Source: the human T2T-CHM13v2.0 reference genome, Homo sapiens. Taken from it: 64,000 bases of DNA. Shown one piece after another: positions 46,812-58,300 of this stretch. The notes below the pieces were generated by a model. The model searched no databases. It was not told the DNA's origin and saw only the letters and a list, made by a program, of their open reading frames with translations. Made by a program: the position numbers and the translations under genes. Within the stretch, counting starts at the first letter, position 1; each line of letters starts with the position of its first letter. The stretch is taken from assembly GCF_009914755.1 (NCBI RefSeq), contig NC_060942.1; one strand, given 5' to 3'.

Positions 46812-47899
46812 TGAGAAATAAGAATGAAATCCTAAGCCTCCCCCAACCAACTGGACAGACCCCTTCTTGGCCAAGGGGACCCCAGAGTAACCTGGGAAAC
46901 TGAGTTCTGGACCCTGATGGGATGGGAGGTGGGACACGCCTTGTTCTATCTCCTCCCTCGCCAACCCCTTTAGGCTTTCTTCCCTAACGATTAAACAGAA
47001 ACTAGCCCTCTCAAGAGACTCCACCTGATGTCAGTCAATCAACTGATGCTGCCCCTCCCTTTTACGTTCCAACAAAACAACCAACTAGCATTCCTCCTGT
47101 CATCTAGGCTGGAGTTCAGCGGCGCTAGCCTGGCTCACTGCAGCCTCAAACTCCTGGAAGCGATTCTCCCGCCTCAGCCTCCCAACTAGCTGGGACTACA
47201 GGCGCCCGCCACCACGCCCAGCTAATTTTTTGTATTTTTTGTAGAGATAGTGTCTTGCCACACCACAGGGCTGGTTTCTGTTTAACCCTTAGGGAAGAAA
47301 GCCTAACGGGGTTGGCGAAGGAGGAGGTATAACAAGACCTGTCCCACTTCCCATCCCATCATTGCCCAGGCTAGTCTCGAACTCCTGGGCTCAAGTAATC
47401 TGCCCACCTCAGCCTCCCAAAGTATTGAGATGACAGGCGCGAGCCACTGCACGGGCCAGCCTTCCTTTGGGATAAGAGACCATCGACCATGGAGTGGCTC
47501 CCGTGAGTCTATGCAGGCTGTGCAGTGAGGGTTTTGCATCCTGTGCTTCATCTTTTGATGTCAGGGGGCTGAAAACTCCACTCTGGGCTCATGCTAACTC
47601 GGTTGTATTTTGAAATCGGGACCCGGGAGAGGTATGAATCTCAATTGCGCATGCGTAGGTTTCTCTTTTCGTAAATATTCATGACTCCTCCTGTAGCTTA
47701 TTGAATATGTATATCTGGCCTGCTCAGCCAGAATTCCTGTTCCCTGTGCCCCTCCCCGAAAGTGTCCGTTTCTGGCCTCTCATCCGCGGCTGCACTGCCC
47801 AGACGGTCAGAATGGCTGCCCTGCAGGCTGTAGCCCTCTATGAGAAACAAGCTCTCCTTTCCAAATGTATGAACCGCGTCATTCTTCAGCTGACAAACA
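46812..47899 (+). mobile_element. ERV1 (MER4-group, MER72-like) solo LTR interrupted by an Alu
   Basis: tgagaaataagaatgaaatcctaagcc...ttggccaaggggaccccagag...gtcattcttcagctgaca. Possible TSD GAAA at 46808-46811 and 47900-47903. Confidence 0.7.
47098..47457 (-). mobile_element. AluJ-like, tailless, with an internal non-Alu insert at ~47262-47361
   Basis: Both Alu arms are present (gctcactgcagcctc; gaactcctgggctcaag). The poly-A end is missing and the sequence is CpG-rich. Confidence 0.8.
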
Positions 47900-49965
47900 G
47901 AAAGTTCAGGAAAAGCAATCCAGAGCCACCAAACCACCAGGCTGGCCCGAACTCAGGACTCCCAGATGCAGGAGTCTGCTATTTATAGGGGCAGCAAAAG
48001 TAGACACTGTGTGATCTCATGTGCTAAAGGAAGCCACAGTACCAAGGTCCTAATAGAATGCAAGGCAAATTTTGGAAGCCAGAGGCTTGCATACTTTCTT
48101 TCCCACTGCAGGACCTTCCGTAGCCTCTGCTATGTCCTAGTGGTGGCCTCCTGGGGGACCAGGACATCGGAGGTAAGAAGATAGGGAAAATCCTTGACTC
48201 ATGAGACAAGGGCTGTTTTTATTTTATCAAACATACTTAGAGTAACTAGTACATCCACAGCACTTTCTGACAACAAAAACTCTTACTAGGCCATTTATAG
48301 ATTCATCCTCCCAGGAGTTCCGAAGCAGCTGGAAATGGAGTCCAGAGGTTTCCTGTCCCCACTCAGATAAGAATTACTGGACCGTATTACCAGAACTCTT
48401 AAATATTTAACGAAAGATTCTCAGTTCCCGGGCATGGTGAGGACATGCTCTCCCTTCCTGGGAAGGAAGGAGGGAGGGAACCAATATGAGCACTATGAGT
48501 GATTTTAAAGGAATCTTCAAAAACAAACAAAAAAAACACCCCCACCGTATGCCACTGTTCTCCCTGAAATAAACAGCGCAATCTTCACAATCACCATTTC
48601 TCTGCCAAAGAAGGAATCAAATTCCCAGATGTGACAAGTCATCAGAAAGTGCAAGTCTAGAATTTAACTAAATAATCTCTCAAAAGTAATATTTAGTCCC
48701 TGGAGGAAGTGAGTATAGAGGGAGAATCTCAGGGGGCTAACCAGAGGAAAATTATCCTCTGCCATAAAATAAAATCCTTTCTACTCTCCTTGAAAGAACA
48801 GCTCCCAACCTTTTGAAGACGATTCCTTTGTAATGTCAAAATATTTCCCATATCCCTTCATGACACAATGACAAGAAGAGGCTATGAATTCAGTAATGCT
48901 TTTAGATGATTAATACTGTTAATCACAACAGCCTCCATATTCAGCACATTTGAAAAATTGCAGGAGTTATGTGAGACAGTGTATTCCGACTGCAGAAACT
49001 TTGAGGGGCAAATAAGGCATAGCTGTGCTTTAAAGCAGCTCCATGGCCTGGGGGTCTTTCTTGCTCTCACACCAGGCTGGAGGCATTAGAAGGAGCAATA
49101 AAAAGCAGGCAGATGTTGTAAACTAATTCTTAATGATGAATTTTCAAGGCTGTAATGGGGGTAGGGGACAGGACATGGTGTGAAACTAGAAGCCTTCCTC
49201 CAGCTATCCTCAATTTCTGGCCTCTCCTAAATAGTCACTCATAAACATTAATTAAATGTCTAACATCACTAGGTTTGCATAAGGCAGGCCGAGTTTTCAC
49301 CATCAGGAACAATGTGATAACTAAGATTTTTTACAATTTTTAAGTATCATGAAATATTTTAAGATGTGAAATGATTAACCAAGATGAAGTATCAATTTTA
49401 TTTTTTAAGTGGAAAACTGGAGGCTCAGAATATTGTTTGGAGTCACACACGGGATTAGATCTGTGCGCTCCACACCCTGGGCCAGAGATCCTTCCATGAC
49501 ACCTTCCTGCTGCAGCTTCCGTCTTCAGGATAAGGAAGGAAAGCAAGGAGCTGGTGTCCAGACACAGAACCCAAAGATTATTTCCTTCTCTGCACAAAAT
49601 GGAAAATATATAAATGTATCCCCTCACTTTTGTTTATGCTTCCATTTGCTCCACTGTCTCAAACAGCAGCTGGAGTAACTTTTTCAAAATGTAAATCCAA
49701 TCTGTCATGCACCTGCACACAACTCTTCCTTGGCCTCCCATTGCATTTGGAAAGAAAGCTCAACCTCTCACCATGGGCCTCAGGGGCATGTGTGACCAGT
49801 CCCTGTCTTTTATGCAGCCTCACGCCCTCACCCGTCCTCTCACTTAGCAGACGTGGACTTTCCTATGACTCTGTACTCAATTCATCAAAGATAAAATCTA
49901 GTCATGTGTGTATGCATGACTCGTTACCACTTACTTTATTTTCTTAAAAAATTTTGACTTAGAAA

Positions 49966-50265
49966 CTTTTTTTTAAATTATTAAAATTTTTTCAAAGATG
50001 GTGCCTTACTCTGTCACCGAGGCTGGAGTGCAGTGGCATGATAATGGCTCACTGCAGCCTTGAACTCCCACCTCATCCTCCTGAGTAGCTGGGACTACAG
50101 GTGCATGCTACTACCACCAGCTAATTTTTTAAATTTTTAATCTTTTTGCAGAGATAGGGTCTCACTATGTTGCCCAGGCTGGTCTCAAACTTCTGGCCTC
50201 AAGTGATCCTCCTGCTTCCACTTCCCAAAGCACTGGGATTACAGGTGTGAGACACCAAGCCCAGC
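49966..50265 (-). mobile_element. AluJ
   Basis: Dimer with J diagnostics (gctcactgcagccttgaactcc; cactatgttgcccagg). Confidence 0.88.
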
Positions 50266-52074
50266 TCTGTTACAACTGACTGTGGTATCTTGAACAAGTC
50301 AGTTTCCTCACCTCTAAAATGGGTACAATAATGGCACGCCCTCACAAGGTTGTTGCAGCCTGTGTCCCCTAGAGCATCTGCTCTCAAGGGGATGACTCCC
50401 TTTGTTGTCACTCAACATTGTCCCGTGTGCCCAGTGCACAATCTGTAAGTATGGTTCAATGAGTGGCTGTGAAAGTCACTGTTTTCCAGTCTGTTCTTTC
50501 TTCCCCCAATTTCTCTGCTCCCATTAATTTTCTGCTCTTGGCCTCCTTTGCTATGTTTTGCTGATTCGCTGCAGTGAGAGTTAAGGCACAAGAGGAAGCA
50601 GCTGAGGAGACACTCCTTTGGTGCCAGCTCAGCCCCTCTGCATGAGAGACGGTGCAGAAAACACACTAGAACGTGAATATTAGAAAGGCTGCTCCAATTT
50701 CCAGGCCACATATGGCTAGGCCAATTAGCAGTTTCAAAATGTTACACCCAGTTCATCTCTGCCATCTCCTAGCTTCTTGTTTTCTCCCTCCTCCTCTTCC
50801 CTTTGCATGCCTGCAAACTTCTAAAGGGGTCAGTTCTCCACTCCCTCCATTTGGTTTCAAACACTACAGAACAAAGAAGTGTGAAAATAAGCTCTTTTCA
50901 GTTGGGTCCAGTGATGTTCCCAGATAATTTTGTTCCTGTTGGTCAACCATTTGCCATGACAACATTCTCCTCAAGCTTATAAACTTCCTGAACCCTGCAC
51001 ACATGGGTATGTATTGAACCAAGTCCTGCCAACACTCTGAGGCTCTGTAGTCATGAGCCTGTGCCGAGAAAGCCCTTGTTTTAGAGACACTGGGTTTGGA
51101 TCCCATTTCAGGGCCTTTCTGAGTTCACCTGAACAAGCCTTGGTTTTCTTACAACTAAACTACAAAATACAGGTGAAAACATCTGATTAATTTTTGAAGT
51201 GGATAAATGAGAATACGAGTCAACACTGCTTCACCTACAAATAGGATAAAGAAATACAAAAATCTTGCTCCAGCCATGAGTTCCCTATCCTAGTATATGT
51301 GGCTTTTCTTTTATTATATCTTTTTTTTTTATAACCATGAGAATGAGAATCTTGGCTCTTTTTACTGTGTTGGGGTTAATCAGAAAGAGAGAACAGGTGG
51401 CTTGAAATAGAAAAGGAAGTGAAGAACAAGATCAGATGTTTTACGTCTTTTTTTTTTTCCAGTGATATTTCAGAAGAAAAAAAGTAGCTGAAGAAAAATA
51501 AACCCAGACTTTAGAAGTATTTGTTAGAACTATGTGACAGGAAATTAATGTCACGTGTTTCACCCTGTGTCTCACCCTGTGTCTCAGGGAGCCTCGGCTG
51601 CCACATTCAAAAACTCCAAGTCAAATGTATTGAGCTTTTGGTCTGAGAACCAGAAATGAAGACAAGAAGAAAGGGAGGTAAGAGTTAGAGGAAGGGAGGA
51701 AAAGTGAAACAGTACCTTTGAGGATGCAAATTAGCTACCTTCAAATAAAATTAAATTACATGTTATCTAACTGAAATTGTAGATAGTGGCTTAAAAGTTT
51801 CTAGCAAGCAAACTATGGTAAAATAGAAATTAATTATAGAAGACATAAGAACTGACTAGTTTAAGATACAAGAACTTACAATGACAACACTGTCATTGTG
51901 CTGTCATTTTTGCCTTATTTAGTGAAAATAACAGCTGCATTTTTTCAATTCATCTTATTTTTTCATGAAACATTAAGTTCTTCAGCCACAAACTCTTCTA
52001 ACATAATCTGTTAGTTGGTTTGTCTGTTTAGCCACCACTCAATTTAAGAACTAGGCATTGGCCAGATCCTAGAC

Positions 52075-54205
52075 GCCACCTGAGTACTGCTCTCCAATCG
52101 TGTCCCCTTAATCCTGCGAAAGATAAATCATCTCCAGAATTTTCTCACAATCATTTCCATGCTTTTCTTTAATATTTTGTCACAAATTTATATTGTTGTC
52201 TGTATCTTTGGTTTGATCATTTTTACTTCTATATAGTGCCCCATTTAATGAATAGACCACAATGTTTCCATTCCATCAGTAATAGAATTTGGCTTGATTC
52301 CAGTTTTTTAGCTATTATGAATGATTCTACCATTCTTGGCCTTGCCTACACATGTGCAGGAACTTCCAGAATCTAGAAATAGGAGTAGTTGTCTGCATTG
52401 TAGAGAATAATAAGCATGCTCAAATTCGCTAAGTATTGCCAACCTGTTATCCAAAGGAGGTCAGCAAATTTGCACTCTCCTCAGCAAGGAACCCTGTCAT
52501 TGTTCAAAATTCTAACCAATACCTAGTATGTGTCATCATTTTAAAAGTTTCAACCTGGTAAGCATGCAATTATATTTCACGGATTTTATTTGCATTTCCC
52601 AGATAACTAATGAGGTTGAACATCTATTCAGAGATTGATTTATGATGACGATTCCCCTTTTTATGAGGTACCCGTTTAAGTTATGTGCCCATTTTTCTAC
52701 TGGGTTGTTTTCCTTTTTCTTACTTTTTTATATATATTCCTTGTCAATTATATGTGCAGCAGATACTTCTATGGCCCTCTTTGTGGCTCAGAAAAAGAAC
52801 CTCTGTGTTTCTCTTAATGAGCAGAAGTTTATTTTAATGTAATCAAATCTGGGTTTTTTTATTCATTTCTTGTTAATAATTTGTTGTGGTCTTCAGCTCT
52901 CTGTCCTGAGATCATGAAGTTGTTCTCCTCTATTGTCTTTTGAAAACTTTGCAATTTTGATTTTACATTTGGTACTTTAATCCAGTTGGAATTGATTTTT
53001 GTGCATAGTGTGAGGTAAGGACCTGATTTCCTATATTTTCGTATGAATAGTGAATTGCCACAGAATTGTGTTTTGAGACGTTTGGCCTTTCCCTACTGAC
53101 TTGCCATGCCTCCTTCATTATAAACCAAGTATCCATATATGTGGTGGGCTGTTTTTAAATTATTTATTCTTTTCCATTGAACTACTTGACTTGCACCCAT
53201 TTCTCTGTCTTAAATACTAGTACTTTATAAGCCTTAACATCTGGAACAGCAAGTCTCTCCATTTTACTATTTTTATTGAATAATAGTGTAGCTAATCTTG
53301 GCCCTTTGAATTCCTATGTAAATTTGGCAATCAAAATATTAGGTTCAAAAACTTTAAAAACCTGTTGGGATTTTGGCTGGGACTCCATAGTTCCATGGAG
53401 CTTCACTGGCTTCACTTGGGAAAATTAGATCTTTCCATATTTTGTTCTTCGGCTCCATGTCCATAGTGTATCTCTCTATTTATTTAGATCTCCTTTAATT
53501 AAAAAAAATTATGTTTACAAGGTATTGTACATCTTTTGTTAAATTTATTCCAAGATACTTCACATCATAGTAAATTATATTTTTCTTTAAATTGTATTTT
53601 CTAAGTGTTTATTGTTAATATATAGAAATGAAATAAATCTGTTATGTTAATTATTGATTTTAAATTCAGAAAACTCACCAACTTCTCTTAATTCTAATAA
53701 TCTGTTGAAACTTCCATATACAATGATTGCATCTTCCAGTGATGACAACTTGCTGTCTTCCTTTCAATTTCTCCACCTTCTATTTATTTATTTATTTACT
53801 TACTTATTCACCTTTCTATGCTGGTTGGAGCCTCTATTAGAAGACTGAAAAAAAGTGGTGTTCCTATCTTGTTCTTAATCTCAGAGGAAAAGATTTTGCT
53901 ATCCCAATATTAACTGTGATATTTTCTGGAGCTTTTGGTAGGTCCCACTGGTCAGTGTAAGAATTTCCTTTTTATTTCTTGCTGCCTAAGAATTATTTTT
54001 AATTAGAAATGCCTATCAAATTTGTCAAATGTTTTCTCACATCCACTGAGATAAACGTATTATTTAATCTCATTGAATTTATTAATATTGCAAAGCACAC
54101 TGGCCAATTTTCTAATGCTAACCAATCTTTAATTCTTTGGATAAACTCACTCAGGTGTGATCTATTACTCTTTTCATAGATTGCTGGATTTGTTTGCTAA
54201 TAGCC
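52075..54205 (-). mobile_element. Ancient L1M (L1ME-like) ORF2/3' fragment
   Basis: T-rich degenerate antisense L1 motifs (tttgcatttcccagataactaatgaggttgaacatc; ggaattgatttttgtgcatagtgtgagg; cttgttcttaatctcagaggaaa). Confidence 0.7.
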
Positions 54206-54895
54206 ACATGCAAACGAAGGGAACAGTAGTAAAAGATGGAGCTCTTCAAGGTTTTTGGGAGATCTGAGAGGCGTATGTACCACAGACCAAAAACAATTGA
54301 TACTGTAATGGATACTGAGAAGAGAAGGATTTATGTGTAAAAGGGCTAACTTGAGTCTGTATACTGTTAAAGAGATTATAAGGACTTAGGTCAAAATCAG
54401 TGAAAATAACAAATGATACAGTTGCATGGCCACATTTTCTCACCTGGCCTATTTACTAGACTCTTCTCTTAGAAAGAAAACTCCAGAAATCAGGAAGCCA
54501 GAGCTAGGAAAGGTGGATCTCACTCTTCTGGTCCCCTAGGTAAGGATTCTGAGCAAGCTAGAAATCCTGCTGCTCTGACTGCTCTCTTGGCCCATGTCCT
54601 GGAGGGTTGGATCTGCTAGAGGAGGTAGATAATACCTGGAGTCATTTCAACTTCTATTCAGCATCTACTACAGACCAGGCAACATGTCAGGCATTAGGGA
54701 TATTGATTGAGAAAATCCACATTTCCTGGTCCTCAAAATGTTCACCAAAGGCACAGAATATCTGGGAACTATGAGCAGGTCTTAACTCCCTAGCCTAGTT
54801 TAACTCATCTTTGAATCTCAATAGAAATGCCTAGGATGAATATAAGGATAAAAATATGTAGTAAATATTCAAACTCTATGAAGAGTTCAATGTGA

Positions 54896-54898
<3 letters not shown>

Positions 54899-54932
<34 letters not shown>
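54899..54932. repeat. (GT)17 microsatellite
   Basis: Perfect dinucleotide run. Confidence 0.97.
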
Positions 54933-54934
<2 letters not shown>

Positions 54935-55169
54935 CTGCTGGGCTGATTTCAAAAGCTACTGTGAGTTACAAATTCTCATTTTGCATATTTCTCTTTATAA
55001 AAAATAAATCAGCAATGACAGAAGTGTGAAGAGGAAAGGGCTCACTCAGCCCTGGGATAGGCATTGGAAAGCAGAGAACAAAGGGAAAAGTGATAAAGAG
55101 GGTGACCAGTTACAGGAAAGGTCAGGTCTAAGTGATAGCCTCAGGCAGGTCATGGAGCTTCTTGTTGGT

Positions 55170-55348
55170 TTGTGACTCTCAAAATCTAGTATCCATAAGA
55201 ATCACCTAGGACTGATAGTTACAATGAAGATTCTCAGGCTCCACCCACAGAGATTCCAATTCAGTAGGTTTGGGATTCGGCTCAGGAATGTACATATTTA
55301 GCCATGACTGCAGGTAATTCTGGTGCAGGTTTCAGGCAGCCACCCTGT
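55170..55348. mobile_element. MER5A-like hAT-Charlie MITE
   Basis: agaatcacctagg...agattctcaggctccacccacagagattccaattcagtaggtttggg...caggtaattctggtgcagg. Confidence 0.7.
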
Positions 55349-58300
55349 TCTTCAATGCTAACTTCAGCCTATACCCACAGACCGTGAGGAAATTTGGTAG
55401 CTAAGTGACTATTTTACAGCCTATTTAATTAATGGGCACAACGAAGCAGTCCCAAAGTGCAAGTCCCAAAGTGCAAGTTCTGCCTTTTCCATGTACTTAA
55501 CCAGCTAATTGCCAAATCTGCACTGCATTTAGAGAAACAAGAGTCAAGCACTAATCTTCAAAAAGGTTTTAAAACATTAGTTTGAAAATTCTGGATATTA
55601 CTTATCTATCCCCTCTCCAGGCCTCAAACCAGGATTATGAAGATTAGTATCATTTCCAGGGTTTTCCTCTTTAATTATATTGAATGTAACAAAGCACCCA
55701 GGTTCGTGTGCAATATAAGAAATAACTTTTTGTTAAAGGGAAATGGAACTGCTATTCTGATAATTTTTGACTTGTTGAGAGATAGAAATAAACCAAGTGG
55801 AAAATATTCAAATTCTACTTTATCGTGAAGCCAAAAAATTACTGGTCAGAAATACTGTCAAATTACAAGCTCTTATCTATGGAAACATTTCCCCCCATAT
55901 ATGCTTGAAATTCCTTGTATGTTAAAGTCATGTTGTCTTCTTGGCAGCCTTCAAGCAATATATTTCAATACTTAATTGGAGTTAATAGGACTGAATTGAA
56001 ATGGCTTCCAAGAAGTAAGAAAAAATCAGAAGATACACTTCCAAGCCTCATGAAGCATTAACAGGTGAATCGATGTAGAACATTTGCAAATGATAAAAAA
56101 GAAATGCTGGCAAATAATATTATCGATATGTGTGTTCAGAAGGCTGAACAATATGACTCAATATCTTTTGAATCCATCTGGTATACTTATGTGCATCACA
56201 TCATGTACTGAGCAGCTTATTTTTAAAATTGAATAATACAACTATTATGCCTTTGTAGAAAACTGGCGGAAGGGTGTACTTCTATCAAGTGAACAGAAAT
56301 GACCATTACTCTTTTGAATATATATCATAGGTAGCTCTTACACCTGTATGTGGAAAATATTCTCTAACCATGTGCAAAAAATCTAGAGCAAGGTGAAAAA
56401 GTACAGTGAAAAAACCCAAGTGATATTTGAATTTAAAATGCATGTAGAAATGATTTTATATAAAATTATGTTGCCCCAGGGGAATAGATAAATTGATACA
56501 AAGATGGAAAGGATGACAAACATACAGGTTAGTCCCTTCACTTATTACAAAGTTCTTTTGCCTTAACAGGCCAGAATTCAGCAAAGTAGAAGAGTAAGCA
56601 ATTCATTTCTTGTGACTTGGGGTAAGGTTAACATAACTTAGGACCACAGGTGGATTGAAGATATATCACAATTTTGTATTTATTTTACCAATAGAATGCT
56701 TCATTCACTGAAAAATAAATTTACCTCTAGAAAAGCAACTAAAACATGTGGTGTAATTTCTACTTTATTATCTCTAACCAATGGACTCATCTGTTTTTTA
56801 TAGGGCTAAGAATGTCAAGGTCATTTCTACAATCTAGAATGAGCCAGAAATCTGAGTCCCTCCCAGGAAGACAGATAACACCTCTGTCACACAAGCTGTC
56901 CTCAATGTATCCCCCTATGGTCATGGGAGAAGGGATGGTTGAAGTTGATTCAGTAGCTTAACAAAATTTTATCGTGACATTTGAAAATATTTACAGTACT
57001 TGCCTTATGAGTAATGCATACTACACTAGTGTCATTCTCTATGCAAAGGCAGCTCATAACATTTATATCACCCCCACACAATGCAAAAATAAATTGGTGC
57101 AGACAATGCATTTCTGGTGATGATGGGTAAGGAAAATTGTCACATCACTGGCCTTCTAAAATCAATATTAAAGAGTTGGGAGTACAAGCCACTAATATGT
57201 ATTCAATTATATCTAAAGGTAACTGAATGTATAAATAACATTTTCCTCTATGATTTGAATTTACTGCTACCTTTCTAGGCCATTAATTAAATAATTTTCC
57301 ATTCTATTTCATTCCCTGCTGTGTACAATTGGTGTCTCTCTTATGTTTATGCCAATCTGCCAGGCTAGTAGGTAGCAGAACATAAAAACGAATTGAGGAA
57401 TTATGGGTTGGTACAAGGGCCCATTAAAAGAGATAGAGGAACCCAGAAAAACATTCTATTGGAATGTTTCAACCTGCATCTTCTACTTATTAAGGGGAGA
57501 TATCACCCAAGACTTTAATTAGTAGCTAATAAAAGCAGATAAAATGGTCCCTTAGCTACCGACTCTAACCCATGCTTAACTTGTAATTGGAGAGTGGCAA
57601 GGTCTGCCTGTCAAAACTCCAAAGGGGGCAGGAGACAATGAGTAAGGTGTAAGAAAGAACAGCAATGGCAACATCTCCTTGCCACACTCATCTCCTCCTT
57701 GTAATTATAATATGAAATCAAACCCATAAACACAGTAAGAAAATAATGACACTCTTGTACCACACTCAGTTTTCAGAGTACAGATGGGAGTTTTCAAAGC
57801 AAATGCTCAGGATTCTAATATGATCACTTGTTCAACCTTCATGTCTGGTCCTAAAATCAGATGATAGAGAGCTTGACTCAGACGTCAAATATGGCCTAAA
57901 AGGAATCCTTCACAGATATGCTAAGAATAGGTACAAATTGGTGTCTAAAAATAAAAGGAAGGCATGATATCAGGATAGCAGGTGTAGGCCTCATGTATCA
58001 CCACTCCTCTTTCTAAGGCAAGCACTATTAATCCATCCTGTTGCTTGTTGAAAGTGAGCTTGGCTCAGGATCCTTCACACAGTTCTCTAAACGGCCATTG
58101 CCCACTGATTGCAGTGAAAAGGATTTTACAGTTCCTAGTTTGGTGGAACCCACACTGGGCTGAGAATAAAGTTATAGGCTTGCAGCAAGCCTCAACACTA
58201 ACCTACTAAGTGACTTCAACAATTCACTTGTCATGTCTGGGTTCAAGCTTCCTTTTCTAGGAAGGAAAAATTCCTCCAATATTCAAAGTTCTAAAATGTG

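Noticed and set aside
51878-51899. 9-bp-stem hairpin acaatgaca-acac-tgtcattgt
   Set aside because: Too short to distinguish from chance, with no supporting context.
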